A stretch of DNA of 64,000 bases from Phycisphaerae bacterium. Its GTDB lineage: Bacteria > Planctomycetota > Phycisphaerae > UBA1845. Shown piece by piece: positions 60,139 to 64,000 of this stretch. Positions within the stretch are counted from its first letter, which is position 1, and the number at the start of each line of letters is the position of its first letter. The position numbers and the translations under genes were made by a program. The stretch spans positions 832,001 through 896,000 of the forward strand of contig CAXXGO010000006.1 of NCBI GenBank assembly GCA_963666835.2, read 5' to 3'. The notes beneath the pieces are model-generated. The model worked only from the letters and a program-made list of their open reading frames with translations. It searched no databases and was not told where the DNA came from.

Positions 60139-61286
60139 AGCGTTTGGCACTTTCATCGATAGTCCTTTTGGCAGCGCTGGGTTTCTCCGGAACGGCTTGG
60201 GCGGAGCCCGCGTGGGGCGTCAACTGTTTGAGTTGTCACGGTGGCTGGCAGACCGACACGGTGTTCATCTTGAACGAAGACGGGACGGCCGATCCCGACG
60301 AGAGCGCCACCGGCGCACCGGATCGCGGGAGCCTTCCCGTTTTCATGGCTTCCCCGGGTGACACCAAGACGCTGGAGATGGAGCTGGTCGGGCTGTCCCC
60401 CGAAGATACTTATGCGGTCGAGCTCAAGCGGCTGCGTTTCCTCGGAGTTGTCTCCGGCAAAGAGCTGACGTACACCGGTGATTGTGCGTGGCCTTACTGG
60501 GGCGAGCCCGGAAAATACTTCACAGAACCGCCGATTAGCTATGAATGGGGCTCAGATCCGACAGCATTCAGCTTCGATCTGACCGTGCAACCGGATGCAC
60601 CCTACGACTACTATGACCTGGTTTTCGCGGTAGCGGGCAAATGGGCGGCCGACGGCGGCCTTTTCTATGATGAGCAGCATTTCTATCTGCGCGTGACCGA
60701 GATACCTTCGGCCCCTCTGGCTATCGATGAGCCCAAGAACCGGTACATCTCCTTCAATGCCCAGGCCGTGGGTACGTCAGCCATCCAAGTGGAATTGGTG
60801 GCCAGCGATCCGTTCCCGGGTTCCAGCGGAATGCTCGGCTGGGTGGAGGAGCCGGACGCAAACGGTCTGGCCGGTATTGGGGATACTCCGGTCTTCCGCA
60901 CTTGGGATGAATCGGCCGTTCACATTGGTGACTGCGGAATCGTGCCGGGATCCGAATACCAACTCCGGGCTTCATTCGACGGAGAGACGATGTCCGATCC
61001 GACAACGGTTAACACGGCGGACGTACCGGCTCCGAAGTATTGGGCGGACATGGTCGGCGGGTTCGTCGGCGATGCGTGGTTGGGCCCGAACGGGATCGTC
61101 AACATGAGCGACATCCAGGCGGCCCTGCAGCGTTTCTCCGGGTCCCCGAGTGCCCCGCCGTTGACCTGGGTCGATCTCGACAGCGAAACGCCCAACGGTC
61201 TTATTAATATGACGGATATTCAGCAAGCGGTCGGCGGGTTCAAAGGCATGCCGTACCCGTTCGGCGATCCGGTATCCTGCCCGTAA
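60135..61286 (+). CDS. Secreted monoheme cytochrome c-like protein with C-terminal dockerin-like module
   Basis: ATGA overlap with the protease gene; signal peptide ending AWA; CLSCH; paired PNGIVNMSDI and PNGLINMTDI loops. Confidence 0.75.
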   Translation: MKRLALSSIVLLAALGFSGTAWAEPAWGVNCLSCHGGWQTDTVFILNEDGTADPDESATGAPDRGSLPVFMASPGDTKTLEMELVGLSPEDTYAVELKRLRFLGVVSGKELTYTGDCAWPYWGEPGKYFTEPPISYEWGSDPTAFSFDLTVQPDAPYDYYDLVFAVAGKWAADGGLFYDEQHFYLRVTEIPSAPLAIDEPKNRYISFNAQAVGTSAIQVELVASDPFPGSSGMLGWVEEPDANGLAGIGDTPVFRTWDESAVHIGDCGIVPGSEYQLRASFDGETMSDPTTVNTADVPAPKYWADMVGGFVGDAWLGPNGIVNMSDIQAALQRFSGSPSAPPLTWVDLDSETPNGLINMTDIQQAVGGFKGMPYPFGDPVSCP

Positions 61287-61328
61287 CCAAATGGGGATTG
61301 CCGAGCGGAAGGTAGTGGCAGAATCCAA

Positions 61329-64000
61329 TCAGGGCGCGGTGTCGGAACGCGCCGCGACGAGGTCGGCCACCTCGACGGGTCGAGCCGCTTGGGGCACGCC
61401 GTCAAGCAACAGCTCGGACCCCGTTTGAACGACGGTGGTCTGGGCGCAGCCGTCGAAGACGACATCTCGGGCGGTGAGACTCGCCGGGCCGAAGACCGCC
61501 TTCTTCTGGTAAGCGGTAAGTCCGAGACGGGCTCGGCTGATCGCCGCGCCTGAGATTTGCACGACCGACTCGTCCTTGCCGGCCACCCCAATACCGACGT
61601 CCGATGCGGTGAGTGACGTGATTGTGACATGACTCTTCTCGCCGACGGACACGGCCTTGTCGCTGACTCGCTCGGCGATGATCCGATCCGTTCGCACGGT
61701 GCTGCCGGAGAAATCGAGCGCATCACCGCCGATGTCCGCAAACCGGCAGTCCTCAATCACACCGGTAATGTAATCACCGTCGAAAGCGTCGGAGGCGCAC
61801 CGGGAGAATGTACATTGACGAATATCGCTGCGCGCGTGAATGACGTTAAGAGCGTCCTCGCACAGGCTGTCGGTGAAATCCACATGAGCCAGACTCACGG
61901 CACTCTTGTAGAATGTAACACCTCCGGTGAGCAGCCAGCCGCCGCGATGGACTCCGGAAGTGTGGCGGACTACCGCGTGCTCCCAAGTGGACTCGACTGG
62001 GGACTCGGATACCGCTACTCCTCCCCATTTGCCGGATTGTGAGTCGAGTACGATCGGTTCTGCCGCTGTGCCCGTAAGGTGCAGCGGCCCCGTCGAATAC
62101 AGAACGGCCGTCGGTTCAAACCGAAGCGTGGCCCCGGCTGCGATGTCCAGGCTTGCTCCCGCAGGCAGAACCAGGTCGCCCTCGACGTTCCAGTCTCCCG
62201 GTGGGACCCGAAACGCGTTGTCATCGGTGCGTTCGAGGAACGGATGTGAACCGAGAACTTCTTCGGTACTGGGCGGAGGCGGGACCGGGCCTTGCTCGGA
62301 ACGCGGCGGGCGCTTCGGCACCTTCGCCCAGCGATAGTCACCCTGCCCGGGGAAACGCAAGGCCACTTCGATGTCCGGGGTCTTTCCGGATTCGCTCCGC
62401 GGTCCGCTCGGAGCGATGGGCACGCGGAATGACGCCAATACCAGCGAATGGAGTTCGTCTTCGCGGTATCTCATCTCGTCGAGACCCGAGGGTACCATCG
62501 CTACTGAGTGGTCCGGGTTCTCCCAGACGCCGATCTGTCGCCCGCCGACCCACACCCGCGATGCATGGATCAACGGACCGGAGTTTATGCGAAAACCGAC
62601 GATCTCAATCGGCAATACCGTCGTGTTCCGCAAATCCACGGCGAATACCGGATGCTCGAACCCCGCGGTGCGGTCCCGGGTAGCCGAGGCGAGAACCATG
62701 TTGTCCGTATGGATGGTCTCGCGGATATACTGCTGACGCTGAGCGAGTTGTCCCCACGGTGGGGTAAGATCGGATCCGGTCCGGCACTTCGGATCGGACT
62801 CGAACTCCCGTTTCAACGCCAGTTGCAACTGCTCGAACCGTGGTTCCAGCTCCTTACGCAACTGCTCGAGGTAGGTCGGGTCGCTGATCCGCTCGAGTTC
62901 CTCTAAGTACAGCCGGGCGACGGCGGGGTCGCGTAACGGGCCGCTGATAGTGCGATCGTCCAATTGCCCGGGGATCAATACGGCGTCGGAATCCCCCCAC
63001 AGAGGCATGGCATCGAAGCCGATAGGCTCGAGCCTGGCCGTGACCGGGTTGAAATAGAACCGGCTGTTTTGCCAGAGCACGGCATGCCACGCCCGCCACA
63101 GATCGACGATGGCCGTGTAACGTGCCAACTTTCTGGCATCGAAGACCTGATCCGCCGGTCGGCGGCCCTCCTGAAACGCCCGAAGGGCTTCGAAGGCCTC
63201 ATCGCGCTGCGCGCTGAGAATGCCGTCTCTTTTGACTCGGTGAGTATCAAAGGACCTAAGATCCTGAACCTGCCATGCCGACATCCGTGTGGCGATGTCC
63301 CAATCGGACCAGCGCCAACCACGCAGATCGGTCTCGTTGTTCCACCAGACCCAGCGGCGCGAGACTTCGTCGCCACGCCACTCGCCGGAGTCATCGAAGG
63401 CCACAATTACGCCCTCGCGGCGACCGTGGGCTTCGAGCAGCTCCTTGGAGAAATGTTCTTCGAGGGCGTAAATGCCCTTGTCTTCTCCGTTAATAACCAA
63501 GCGAACGAATTGGTAGCGCACCGCGAGTATCCCCTCACGACGTAGGTTCTCCAGGAAGCCCCACTCGTTGAGGTAGAAGCGGGTCATAGGATGCTGGAAG
63601 GACATCGTCCGCATGCCGAACGGGCGATCATCCCCTTTCACTTTCACTCGGAAAGACCATTTGTCCGTGCTCCAATGGGCGGTCCGACCGCCCTTGAGCC
63701 TGATCCGCACGGGAGTCACGCGGCCGTCATGAGTGAGTTGCCCGGGAACGAAATCCTCGTCGGTTTGGCGGAGGAACCCGTCACGCAGAGCGGTCTCGCC
63801 TTGTTCCTTCAGTTTGCGGATGTGCTTCGGTTTGATATCCACGAGGACTACTGGTAGTTGCTCTTCCGCGGCCACTTTCGCGAAGTGTTCGGAGATAAGC
63901 TCGGGCGCGTTAGTTGCGGCCGCTACGGCGGATTTGAGCTTCCCCACCGCAATCCAATCCCAGTGCTGCCACTTAGCGTACGCCCCGGCGAGAAACACCG
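61329..64000 (-). CDS. CotH kinase family protein with C-terminal beta-helix, partial (start beyond the window)
   Basis: RLKG...KWSFRVK, GIYALEEHF and NSRFYFNP...EPIGFD; C-terminal DALN/DAFDGD/DALDFS/DKAVS repeats. Confidence 0.8.
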   Translation of the reverse strand, partial: VFLAGAYAKWQHWDWIAVGKLKSAVAAATNAPELISEHFAKVAAEEQLPVVLVDIKPKHIRKLKEQGETALRDGFLRQTDEDFVPGQLTHDGRVTPVRIRLKGGRTAHWSTDKWSFRVKVKGDDRPFGMRTMSFQHPMTRFYLNEWGFLENLRREGILAVRYQFVRLVINGEDKGIYALEEHFSKELLEAHGRREGVIVAFDDSGEWRGDEVSRRWVWWNNETDLRGWRWSDWDIATRMSAWQVQDLRSFDTHRVKRDGILSAQRDEAFEALRAFQEGRRPADQVFDARKLARYTAIVDLWRAWHAVLWQNSRFYFNPVTARLEPIGFDAMPLWGDSDAVLIPGQLDDRTISGPLRDPAVARLYLEELERISDPTYLEQLRKELEPRFEQLQLALKREFESDPKCRTGSDLTPPWGQLAQRQQYIRETIHTDNMVLASATRDRTAGFEHPVFAVDLRNTTVLPIEIVGFRINSGPLIHASRVWVGGRQIGVWENPDHSVAMVPSGLDEMRYREDELHSLVLASFRVPIAPSGPRSESGKTPDIEVALRFPGQGDYRWAKVPKRPPRSEQGPVPPPPSTEEVLGSHPFLERTDDNAFRVPPGDWNVEGDLVLPAGASLDIAAGATLRFEPTAVLYSTGPLHLTGTAAEPIVLDSQSGKWGGVAVSESPVESTWEHAVVRHTSGVHRGGWLLTGGVTFYKSAVSLAHVDFTDSLCEDALNVIHARSDIRQCTFSRCASDAFDGDYITGVIEDCRFADIGGDALDFSGSTVRTDRIIAERVSDKAVSVGEKSHVTITSLTASDVGIGVAGKDESVVQISGAAISRARLGLTAYQKKAVFGPASLTARDVVFDGCAQTTVVQTGSELLLDGVPQAARPVEVADLVAARSDTAP

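Overview
GC-rich bacterial window. The secreted dockerin-like and IPTL-CTERM proteins suggest an anaerobic Planctomycetota (Phycisphaerae-like) genome; this is inference from gene content. Core genes: etfAB with a membrane Fe-S oxidoreductase, acylphosphatase, an anti-sigma/anti-anti-sigma pair, split class I fumarase, an AlgI-type MBOAT, dihydroorotase, PolX-PHP, rsgA, pyrF, tsaD, a MazG-like protein, a CotH-type kinase, tRNA-Arg(TCT) and tRNA-Glu(TTC). A probable accessory block between the two tRNAs carries a large signalling cluster. Highlights: (1) a selenoprotein truncated by the ORF track (54598..57069; in-frame UGA in a UxxC motif with a SECIS-like hairpin). It fuses a thioredoxin-like domain, TSP3-type repeats, a dockerin-like module and nine CxxCH hemes, and heads a Tat-exported [NiFe]-hydrogenase operon that ends in a second dockerin-bearing cytochrome. 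(2) An ORF-less group II intron (~11190..12099) inserted in a REP-hairpin array. (3) A REP doublet translated in frame inside a secreted protein at the left edge. (4) Two outward-facing flagellin paralogues whose central domains are identical in protein but synonymously diverged. All family calls come from motif recognition, not database searches.
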